In this document: piece by piece, positions 27,511 through 35,169 of the stretch
Layout: each line of letters begins with the position of its first letter
How positions within the stretch are numbered: the stretch's first letter is position 1
IMG/VR virus record: IMGVR_UViG_3300035164_000339
Location: 1 to 50,650 of that record
Direction: 5' to 3' (one strand)
Source of the DNA: a virus
Lineage: Duplodnaviria > Caudoviricetes
Length of the DNA stretch: 50,650 nt
Program-made: the position numbers and the translations under genes
Notes under the pieces: generated by a model
What the model was told of the DNA's origin: nothing
Databases searched by the model: none
The model's input: the letters and a program-made list of their open reading frames with translations, nothing else

Positions 27511-28260
27511 TCATCGTTTTGGATATGGTTTAATATATTTTTCTATTTTGCTTTTATAATATTTTTTTTCTTTTTTATTTCCTAAAAAATAGAAATATCT
27601 TTTTTTTGATGCTTGAGGTACAAATTTTGCATTTGGATAGCATCGTAAAATATCTTCTTTTTTTTCGCTACCTACCTTTTGACGCATAGATCTATTTGTA
27701 AAAAGTTTGCCATTTATCTCAACGCCAAAACGATCATTATCGCGGCTATTAACATTAGGATTATTTTCACGCATTGAGCCAATGTAGTAAAAATTACACG
27801 CTTGATATATTGTTCCGATCTCTCCAGCGTGTTCATCTACTGTTGCTGTTACAACCTTGTACTCCTCTGGAAGCATCTTCATAGAGCTTGTAATAAGCTT
27901 AGATGCACTATGTGGATGCGACCAATGCACACAAGCACCGCGCGATAAAAGAATTATTTTTCCGGTATAATCGTATTTATCCCATGTACCAAGGTTCTCG
28001 CTGTATTCGGTGCTGTAGACCACAGCGCCGCCAAGGTTGCCATCGAAATAAATCCCGAAACAATATTTGACCATAGCTGGCATACATTGAAGCCACTCAT
28101 ATCTTTTTATAAGATTTGATGCTGTCCTGTAATCTATCGGTTTGACGATAGATTTTTTAATGTCTATATCAATGTCTTTCCACCACTCCCCGAATAGGTT
28201 CCAAGCATCCTCTTTTGCCATCTTGTCTTTGATGCGTTTTTGATGCGCTATATCAGACAT
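27511..28260 (-). CDS. Mom-like (GNAT-fold) DNA modification protein
   Basis: VKPID...A...I, FGIYFDG.L.G.VVY, LLSRGAC, SASKLI, D...GEIGTIYQACNFYYIG, KKRYFYFL resemble the Mu Mom family. Confidence 0.75.
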   Translation of the reverse strand: MSDIAHQKRIKDKMAKEDAWNLFGEWWKDIDIDIKKSIVKPIDYRTASNLIKRYEWLQCMPAMVKYCFGIYFDGNLGGAVVYSTEYSENLGTWDKYDYTGKIILLSRGACVHWSHPHSASKLITSSMKMLPEEYKVVTATVDEHAGEIGTIYQACNFYYIGSMRENNPNVNSRDNDRFGVEINGKLFTNRSMRQKVGSEKKEDILRCYPNAKFVPQASKKRYFYFLGNKKEKKYYKSKIEKYIKPYPKR

Positions 28261-28411
28261 CGTTTTTTGGAGTAATGTAGCCTTCGTACTTCAAGTCAAG
28301 GTCTAATGATTCTCTTTGATATTGTGTTTCATTAATATGACCAGCTAATAAGTCATCATCAAGCGCGGCTTTTTTTACTTGATATTCGTAATACTTTCCT
28401 TTTGGCATCAT
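28253..28411 (-). CDS. Hypothetical protein (52 aa)
   Basis: Read by hand: MMPKGKYYEYQVKK...; overlaps neighbours in the operon. Confidence 0.55.
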   Translation of the reverse strand: MMPKGKYYEYQVKKAALDDDLLAGHINETQYQRESLDLDLKYEGYITPKNDV

Positions 28412-28587
28412 TTTATATAACCTTTTTTTATTAAAGGATATTTTTTTATAAGTCTCTCTGGATTGTCACAGAATCGCCTTATAAAATCGACCTTATGTCG
28501 GTCAAGTTTTTCATTCTTGAAGGCAATATCGAGATACGCCTCCAAGTTTTTTTGTTGCCAAGCTGGCATTTTTTTATTTTCTGTCAT
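28408..28587 (-). CDS. Hypothetical protein (59 aa)
   Basis: Read by hand: MTENKKMPAWQQKNLE...; ATGA coupling at both ends, GGAG RBS. Confidence 0.6.
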   Translation of the reverse strand: MTENKKMPAWQQKNLEAYLDIAFKNEKLDRHKVDFIRRFCDNPERLIKKYPLIKKGYIK

Positions 28588-29033
28588 AACAACTCCTTAA
28601 ATCTTTTGTCGCCTCTATCTTTAATTAACTTGTTGCGATCATCAACAGGAATACCTTTATCAGCAATCATTGCCTTAAACACACAAAAAGGAATATCTTT
28701 TGCCGGTGTATTAGTTGATCGGAAATGTTCAATATCAGCAAGCATCTCTAATTCATACTTGGCTTCACGATTATGTCGCGTTAATAAAAAAATATCGAAA
28801 GCAATTTTATCAATTTTAGAAACATTATCTCGAATATAGTTTCTTATATCAAAACCATAATCTGAAAGTGCTTCTCGATGATTTAACTGATCTTTATATG
28901 ACAACTCCCCGAACCTTGAACTAGATACAATATCTAAATGTATCTGTAACCTTGCAATGTTTGCATTGGTGATTGATTGTAGATCTTCTAGTTGTTTTTT
29001 AAGATCTCTTATGTTGGTTTGAATGTTGGTCAT
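28584..29033 (-). CDS. Hypothetical protein
   Basis: 149-aa ORF, GGAGG RBS, coupled. Confidence 0.7.
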   Translation of the reverse strand: MTNIQTNIRDLKKQLEDLQSITNANIARLQIHLDIVSSSRFGELSYKDQLNHREALSDYGFDIRNYIRDNVSKIDKIAFDIFLLTRHNREAKYELEMLADIEHFRSTNTPAKDIPFCVFKAMIADKGIPVDDRNKLIKDRGDKRFKELL

Positions 29034-29215
29034 AATGCCTCCTTTTTTTTTAATTTAAATTGTGGAGATACAAATTGATCTCCGATTGTAGCTGATTCTA
29101 TTTTTTCAAAAACTGATTGTTGTTTATCAGTTAACTCAAAGTCCATGTCTCTGAGTATGTCATAGAGTTTGATGAATTCATATTTCTCATCAAAAGTAAT
29201 AGGAACATTAATCAT
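29030..29215 (-). CDS. Hypothetical protein
   Basis: Coupled ORF in the operon. Confidence 0.65.
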   Translation of the reverse strand: MINVPITFDEKYEFIKLYDILRDMDFELTDKQQSVFEKIESATIGDQFVSPQFKLKKKEAL

Positions 29216-29495
29216 TTGAAAAGCCTCTTTGTAACTGGATTGACCATTTTTTTAATGATGAAAGCTCAACTCCACATGAGTACATTTCAAAATCGCCATA
29301 AACGTCAGATTTCTCTAAAGAAACCATAACTTTAGTTGCATCATCTAAATTTACATAAAAATCGTGAATACGAAATTCTTCATTATGTTCATTCATAAGT
29401 AATGCACCCTTAAGTTCATTAAGTGATAATGATGAATCTTTTCCTATTTGCATTGCTCTAACTCCTGTAATGATTGTTCTATATTTTGGCGACAT
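29208..29495 (-). CDS. Hypothetical protein
   Basis: ORF in the operon. Confidence 0.6.
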   Translation of the reverse strand: MSPKYRTIITGVRAMQIGKDSSLSLNELKGALLMNEHNEEFRIHDFYVNLDDATKVMVSLEKSDVYGDFEMYSCGVELSSLKKWSIQLQRGFSND

Positions 29496-29635
29496 TTTGT
29501 TTTAAATGATTCGGGGAGTGTCTGGCCAATAGCTTCAGCTATATCTATACATTCTTGTGCTTTCTCTTCTGTTGAGGCAGTAAGAGCTAAACGTATAGCA
29601 AGAATGTATGCCTCGTAATCGTTAGTTGGTTTCAT
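29444..29635 (-). CDS. Hypothetical protein
   Basis: DYEAY.LA.RLALTA...E.A..C pattern seen in small cyanophage proteins. Confidence 0.6.
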   Translation of the reverse strand: MKPTNDYEAYILAIRLALTASTEEKAQECIDIAEAIGQTLPESFKTKCRQNIEQSLQELEQCK

Positions 29636-29795
29636 TTATAACCTCAACTGTTTTTACCCTAGAATCGCCAGCTTTTGTACTACTAGGATCAAGATAATCC
29701 TCATAAGTACATTGAACAGCTTCTTGTTCAGAATTTGCTTCAACAACATAAGTTTCAATGTACTCTTGAATCATTTTTACTTTATAAAATTTCAT
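29622..29795 (-). CDS. Hypothetical protein (57 aa)
   Basis: Read by hand: MKFYKVKMIQEYIETYVVEANSEQEA...; GGAGG upstream. Confidence 0.6.
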   Translation of the reverse strand: MKFYKVKMIQEYIETYVVEANSEQEAVQCTYEDYLDPSSTKAGDSRVKTVEVINETN

Positions 29796-29805
29796 CACCA
29801 TCCTC

Positions 29806-30063
29806 CTAGTTATATAAACCTGTATCTGATTCTCTTTGCCAAGGTGCTTTCTCTGGCAAGTTAGCTAGTAAATCTTCTAGCTCATCAATCTTAAGTTGAA
29901 ACTTGTTAATAGTCTTTTCTGTTTTTGCTCTCCTCTGTCTCTTTTTAAGACCCATAAGAACAATTTTGATCTCTTCTATTGTAAGACGTAGATCAAAGGC
30001 AGCTTCGCAACCTTCCATAATTTCGACAGTTGCGCCGCATCCTGATACATAAGAATTTGACAT
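29806..30063 (-). CDS. Hypothetical protein
   Basis: 85-aa ORF with tandem TTACACC leader. Confidence 0.65.
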   Translation of the reverse strand: MSNSYVSGCGATVEIMEGCEAAFDLRLTIEEIKIVLMGLKKRQRRAKTEKTINKFQLKIDELEDLLANLPEKAPWQRESDTGLYN

Positions 30064-30102
30064 TTGGTGTAAGGTGTAATGTTTACAATTTAAATATTAC
30101 TA

Positions 30103-30888
30103 CTAACCTTTGAGCGCAACAGCCCAAAGTGGACACCTTGTAGATTGTCCTAGTTGTTTTTGTATAGATCTGCTATTTATTTTTACTACTATTCCGTCTG
30201 TTGGTAAGAAAGTAAAATAATTAGATTCAAAGAATCTACCATCTAGCCAATCATTATGACATTTTTTTATCTCGTCATAGGTATTAGCTTCTACATAAGG
30301 AACAACACGAAAATCTAGCTTAGTAAGCTCCTTAAGATTATCCTTGTGATCATTCTGACTATTTAATATTTGAAACGCTACAAAACTTAGCAAGTGGCAC
30401 TCTGGTTGTATTCTACGAAGCTGTGCAGCGGCTATCCTTTGTGACTTAGGTGCGTGTTCATTGAATGCATATAACTCTCCTCTAACAGTAAATTTTCCAT
30501 ACCTTGGAACTGTTAAAGGGATGTCAGGGACTTCTAATGCATATCTTGTTACATCTCTACCAGATCTTGTATATGCTCTTTGTAGTTCGCCTGATTGGTA
30601 TACAAGAGCAAGTGCAACGCCATCTATTTTTGGTTCTATTACAAGTGGTGTATTTTTACGAATTCCACGATACCATTCTTCTAAACGGCAATTATCTAAA
30701 GATAATAAACTATCCCCTCCAAAGGGTTTGCCAAACACTTTATGATTAGGATTTACACTATGCAATTTATTACAAAGTTCGTCAAAGAGATCATCAGACA
30801 TAATAGGTTTTCCTATGTAGTACGCTCGACTCGCCCTAACTATCTCTGCGGCGAGTTTTTCTTCGAGGGGAAAATTGATGTCGGTCAT
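30103..30888 (-). CDS. NAD+-dependent DNA ligase-like protein, adenylation domain only
   Basis: AYY.G.P.MSD..FD (Ia), LLSLDN, EPKIDG, TRSGRDVT, VRGE, DGIVVK, WAVALK; stops before the OB fold. Confidence 0.85.
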   Translation of the reverse strand: MTDINFPLEEKLAAEIVRASRAYYIGKPIMSDDLFDELCNKLHSVNPNHKVFGKPFGGDSLLSLDNCRLEEWYRGIRKNTPLVIEPKIDGVALALVYQSGELQRAYTRSGRDVTRYALEVPDIPLTVPRYGKFTVRGELYAFNEHAPKSQRIAAAQLRRIQPECHLLSFVAFQILNSQNDHKDNLKELTKLDFRVVPYVEANTYDEIKKCHNDWLDGRFFESNYFTFLPTDGIVVKINSRSIQKQLGQSTRCPLWAVALKG

Positions 30889-30928
30889 AAGGTGTAAAAT
30901 AAAGTATATGTAAATCAGTTTACATATA

Positions 30929-31663
30929 TCATCTAATCTTTGCAAGTGATTTTCTTAATTCACTTTTAAAAATGTAAGGCATATCTTTATCAAGATGTCT
31001 TTTAGTTTGATCAAAAAATTCAAATTTTCTAGCAACTTGTGGTCTTCTTTTTGCAAGTGTAAATAGTAAACCAATATTACCTCCCTTTACACGATAAATA
31101 CCATCGGCTAAATTATTCGTTGGCCTTTTACCATTAGATGGAACTGCAAAATATCTATATTGATTACCTGTAATTTTTCCACTACCTTTTGACTTAATTA
31201 GGCCAGCTTTAACTTTGGAATATTGCGAAGCTTTCATACCTGTGCCATATTTATTAGGCTCAACGGCATCACTTTTTAAAACTGGAATAGGATATCTGTT
31301 GCTTAAACCAAGGCCAGAATAATTTCTAAGCCAATAACTAAATTTAGTTTCATATGCCGGTGCTAATCCACCAGCAACTCTTTTTTCAACTGGTGCTAAA
31401 TATTTTCTTGGGCTATTACCTTTTCCTCTAATGCTTTTTATAAAGAAAAACATTGAGTCTTCATTTTCTACTTTGTATAGAACAGAGCTTAAGGTTAACG
31501 GTACAGGGTTCTCAAAAATTCTAGACATATATGGCATCATCTTTTTTTTATTCAAAAAACCAAATTTATAAAGTGATTTTTTCTGCGCTTCTGGAAGTGC
31601 CGCTAATTCTATTCCCTTAAGTTTATTAGTAAACTTACTTGCATCAAATTTTATTGAAAGCAT
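30929..31663 (-). CDS. Basic protein resembling a tail-completion/neck (gpZ or HK97 gp10-like) protein
   Basis: FENPVP.TLSS (cf. FDRPTPFT), YLAP, NKYG, GIYR motifs. Confidence 0.5.
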   Translation of the reverse strand: MLSIKFDASKFTNKLKGIELAALPEAQKKSLYKFGFLNKKKMMPYMSRIFENPVPLTLSSVLYKVENEDSMFFFIKSIRGKGNSPRKYLAPVEKRVAGGLAPAYETKFSYWLRNYSGLGLSNRYPIPVLKSDAVEPNKYGTGMKASQYSKVKAGLIKSKGSGKITGNQYRYFAVPSNGKRPTNNLADGIYRVKGGNIGLLFTLAKRRPQVARKFEFFDQTKRHLDKDMPYIFKSELRKSLAKIR

Positions 31664-31676
31664 AAACTATAACCCT

Positions 31677-31960
31677 GCAAGAACTGCTTGTATTATCGCA
31701 CTAAACCATAATGGCGCAAGAACGCGATGAGACTGCACCCTACCATGCCCTACCTACCATACCGGTTCTAACACTTTCCTTTTTTTTACGTTTTTATCCG
31801 CTATATAGCCATATATGCCCCTATAACGCTCTTTATATATAAAAATATATAATATATATAAAAAGGTAGGGTAAGTATAGACACGGCTGAAATAAGTTGG
31901 GCTGCGGTCATTTTCAACGTGTCCATACCTCGGCTAGGTAGGTACACAGGTCTAGACACG
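31677..31960. other. Candidate replication origin
   Basis: Two GCAAGAAC, CCTACC x3 facing GGTAGG x2 across a TA-only tract (about 31833-31864), TAGACACG x2; directly downstream of the primase-helicase. Confidence 0.5.
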
Positions 31961-34105
31961 TTCCAAGTCTCGAATGTAGACCCATTTGCGACCAGCCCTA
32001 CCTCCTCTACGCCGTTTTTCAAAGCCTAATTCTTTTAAAATATTGGCGCATTGCATTTGATCATATCTATTTTGTCGTTCTACAGGTTTTTCTATTGCCT
32101 CAGTTAGAACAAGTTCTGTGGTTAGTTCTCTGCCATTATTTCTTTGAACATAATCTTGAATAACAGTTTTCCAAGGGTTATCGATTATATATTGTTTGTT
32201 TTCCTCATTAACAGTAATTTGATTTTCTTTGCTTAATAATAAATTTTCTCCTTTGCCATGATCATATAAAGCACAGGCGGCACTCCATATAGCATCCCTT
32301 TGATCAAGTAATGCTTCACAATCTATTGGATTGTCTATCGTTTTTGTCGTAACTACGCACCAAAAGCGGCGATTCCCTGTTTCATCAACTAGAAATCCAT
32401 CTTGACGATTACTAGTTCCCACAATAATTCCTCTACGTTTAAATTTTTCTGCAACTTTGCCATATGGAACACGATAAACATCAGTTGATTGTGAAAGAAA
32501 AGATTTTATATCTCCAGCCATTTTTTTGTTTGTGATCGCTTCCAATTCAGCCCATTCCATAATCCATGCGGAACTAAGGACTTGAAGCGAATCTTTCCCA
32601 TTTATGTCTCGTAATGCATCGCTAAAAAACTCCCCTCCAAGAACTGACCAAAATGTAGATTTTCTTGCGCCTTGATCTCCAATAATTACACAAGCATTAT
32701 CAAATTTACAGCCTTCATCGTATGCTCTTGCTACTGCGGCAATAAGAGTTTTGCGTAGCATTTCATCATATAGAGTTGGTTTATCAAACTTTTCATCTTC
32801 TGGTCTTAAATATTTAGTAGCTAATCTATCTATGTAAGCTGGTGCTACATTTTTACTTACATGATCTAAATAATCAGTTACTGGATTATATTCATTTTGC
32901 CTTGCGACTTGAACTACTACGTCAAAAGCAACGTCTTTACTTACTCGCTTGTTTTGCCTTGCAAGTTCTAAATAATATCTTTCAATTGATCTTTTACCCT
33001 CACATATTTTTGCATTCTCGCCAGTTCCAAGTTGTATTTGCTGAGTATATACATTATATCTAAATGCATTAGGACTTTCTTTCGGTATGCTTTCAAGTTC
33101 TGCTAATAATTCATTAGCATCAATTTTTTGCATTTTATCTATAGTTATTGTTACTTCTTCTTTTGGATTTTCTGGATTAAAGGTTTTTATTACTTTTGGA
33201 ATAATAAATCCATTTTCTTTTGCAAAATACCAAAAAGATCCAGCATTTATCTGTGAACCGCCAGAATAAGCAACTTGTTCTATACCTCCCCATTCTGGAG
33301 AATGAGTTTTCATCATTTGTACAGCATCTGCCGCAGATTTCCCTGCATCTTCGCAAGCTTTTATAAGACCCCATAAAATATTTCGATACATATGGTAAGT
33401 GTTTGTATTAGGTTTTCTTGGTGGTATGCAGAATAATGCTTTTTCAACAACTTCTATTGGTGCTTTTTCAAACTCATCGAAAGAAACAGAATTTTTAACA
33501 CGTTCATGTTGTTTTAATGTTGGCAAACAAGATTCAATCTCTTTGTAAGAATATTTTTTATTTGAGTTATGAATAATTTTTGTCATACCGCCTTGCTTTC
33601 CATTATCTTTCATATGAAAAGTTCCAGCTAAACGCATAACTCTTGAAGGATTTTTTAAAGCTCTATCGGCATCTGCATGATCTAATAATCTTTCTTGAAT
33701 AGGTTTCCAAGTTTTAGGGTCTATAACTTTTTTAAGTACCCAATAGTTATGTATAGATTTACCTCCAGTATCTATTTGAAGGGTAGGTTCGGGGAGTCCT
33801 AATTCTTTGTAGGCATTAATTTGTTCTTCCTTTGGTCTATCATCCCATTCACAAAAAAACGCTCGGCAAGCAGTTATTTCACTATCGGTATCGCCGCCAT
33901 CATTAACAACTATATAAACACCACGACCTTCTGATTGCATTCTATGAATCCATTCTCCATCAGCATGAGATTTCTTTCCATGATCTGTAGCTTTTAGTGG
34001 ATGCCCTTTTGGAAAAAAGGATCTAAGCCTAACTGTTTTTATATCTTTTCCGAGGATGTCAAGAAAGGATCGCCATTCATTGCGATCTAAATTTAAAGCA
34101 AGCAT
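31952..34105 (-). CDS. RepB-type primase / PriCT-2 / VirE (VapE) helicase
   Basis: FFCEWDD, TGGKSIHNYW, NPSRVMRLAG; GDQGARKST, EWAELE, DETGNRRFW. Confidence 0.9.
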   Translation of the reverse strand: MLALNLDRNEWRSFLDILGKDIKTVRLRSFFPKGHPLKATDHGKKSHADGEWIHRMQSEGRGVYIVVNDGGDTDSEITACRAFFCEWDDRPKEEQINAYKELGLPEPTLQIDTGGKSIHNYWVLKKVIDPKTWKPIQERLLDHADADRALKNPSRVMRLAGTFHMKDNGKQGGMTKIIHNSNKKYSYKEIESCLPTLKQHERVKNSVSFDEFEKAPIEVVEKALFCIPPRKPNTNTYHMYRNILWGLIKACEDAGKSAADAVQMMKTHSPEWGGIEQVAYSGGSQINAGSFWYFAKENGFIIPKVIKTFNPENPKEEVTITIDKMQKIDANELLAELESIPKESPNAFRYNVYTQQIQLGTGENAKICEGKRSIERYYLELARQNKRVSKDVAFDVVVQVARQNEYNPVTDYLDHVSKNVAPAYIDRLATKYLRPEDEKFDKPTLYDEMLRKTLIAAVARAYDEGCKFDNACVIIGDQGARKSTFWSVLGGEFFSDALRDINGKDSLQVLSSAWIMEWAELEAITNKKMAGDIKSFLSQSTDVYRVPYGKVAEKFKRRGIIVGTSNRQDGFLVDETGNRRFWCVVTTKTIDNPIDCEALLDQRDAIWSAACALYDHGKGENLLLSKENQITVNEENKQYIIDNPWKTVIQDYVQRNNGRELTTELVLTEAIEKPVERQNRYDQMQCANILKELGFEKRRRGGRAGRKWVYIRDLERV

Positions 34106-34132
34106 AAGTGTAAGGGATAAAAAAAAGCCTTG

Positions 34133-34531
34133 TTAGACTTTTAAAATTTGCAAGGCATCTTTAACGGTACGAGCAACGCCGACAATGCCGCCAGAACTCT
34201 TTACCTTTTGAAGCCAATTTTGTTGTACATCTGTCAGTTTGCCACGTTCTGTTTTAATTTCAATAGAAACAAACTGAGCAACTTCTTGTCCTATCATCTC
34301 AGGAGTAATCTTGACAGTCTTAAAACCAATAAGGTCAGAACTACCCTTTGCCAATCCAAACTGAACCCATCTGCCTGTTCTAGGATCTGGAAGTTTTCCA
34401 GTTTCGTTGCGAAATAAGCGCAAATCAGATCGTTGTCCAAGAGCTAATCGAATTTCTTGTTGAATTTTTGTCTCTGAATTAGACAAAGTTGAGATTATAA
34501 AATCTAATAATAAAATAGCAGAGTTTTTCAT
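34133..34531 (-). CDS. VRR-NUC domain nuclease (true start may be near 34486)
   Basis: E..IQ..IR, LFRNETG, GSSDLIG, IEIKT..G....Q..W. Confidence 0.85.
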   Translation of the reverse strand: MKNSAILLLDFIISTLSNSETKIQQEIRLALGQRSDLRLFRNETGKLPDPRTGRWVQFGLAKGSSDLIGFKTVKITPEMIGQEVAQFVSIEIKTERGKLTDVQQNWLQKVKSSGGIVGVARTVKDALQILKV

Positions 34532-34536
34532 AATTA

Positions 34537-35169
34537 TTAAAATCCTTTTGATTTTGGTTTAATTTGTTTTTTTACTCTTAAAAGATCTAACTTTTTGCAT
34601 TTACCATTCATCTTGACTGTTTTTAATGCTTTATTTGTAGCTTCATAACTTGATTTTACAAAAGCTAATTCATCAGAAATACTTTTTTTGAATTCATCAC
34701 GCTCCATTAACATTGAATAAATTGTAGGATTTTGTTTTGAATGTGTATCTAAAAGTTCTTTTACAAAAGATAATTCTTTTATTCTTTCTTCATCTTTTAT
34801 ATTTTTAAAAGTTTCATTAAAACGATCTATAAAACCTTCAATGCAATATAATTTTGGTTCATCTGGTTTTTTTATTGTGTAATCAATTGATCCATCTTTT
34901 CTCATATATGACTTAACAATTCCTATTCCTCCAAGTTTTTCATATTGATTATTTTGATGATGATATTCATCAGAATAATTACTAATAAGCCAAAAATGAT
35001 CTACTTTAGTTAAATTTTTTGTAAAAGATTTTTGTATTGGAGTTTTATAATCCCAAGGAGTAACAGTAGCTTTAGAAATACAAGTCCATGTATTTTTGTG
35101 TCGAGAATTAGTCTCCCAGCCCATCCAAACTACTAATTGACCTCTAAGATCTGCTAAATTTTTTCTCAT
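34537..35169 (-). CDS. Hypothetical protein
   Basis: 210-aa ORF coupled to the helicase stop. Confidence 0.7.
   Translation of the reverse strand: MRKNLADLRGQLVVWMGWETNSRHKNTWTCISKATVTPWDYKTPIQKSFTKNLTKVDHFWLISNYSDEYHHQNNQYEKLGGIGIVKSYMRKDGSIDYTIKKPDEPKLYCIEGFIDRFNETFKNIKDEERIKELSFVKELLDTHSKQNPTIYSMLMERDEFKKSISDELAFVKSSYEATNKALKTVKMNGKCKKLDLLRVKKQIKPKSKGF

Noticed and set aside
31801-32022. 73-aa minus-strand ORF
   Set aside because: Runs through the low-complexity origin-like region and overlaps the primase end
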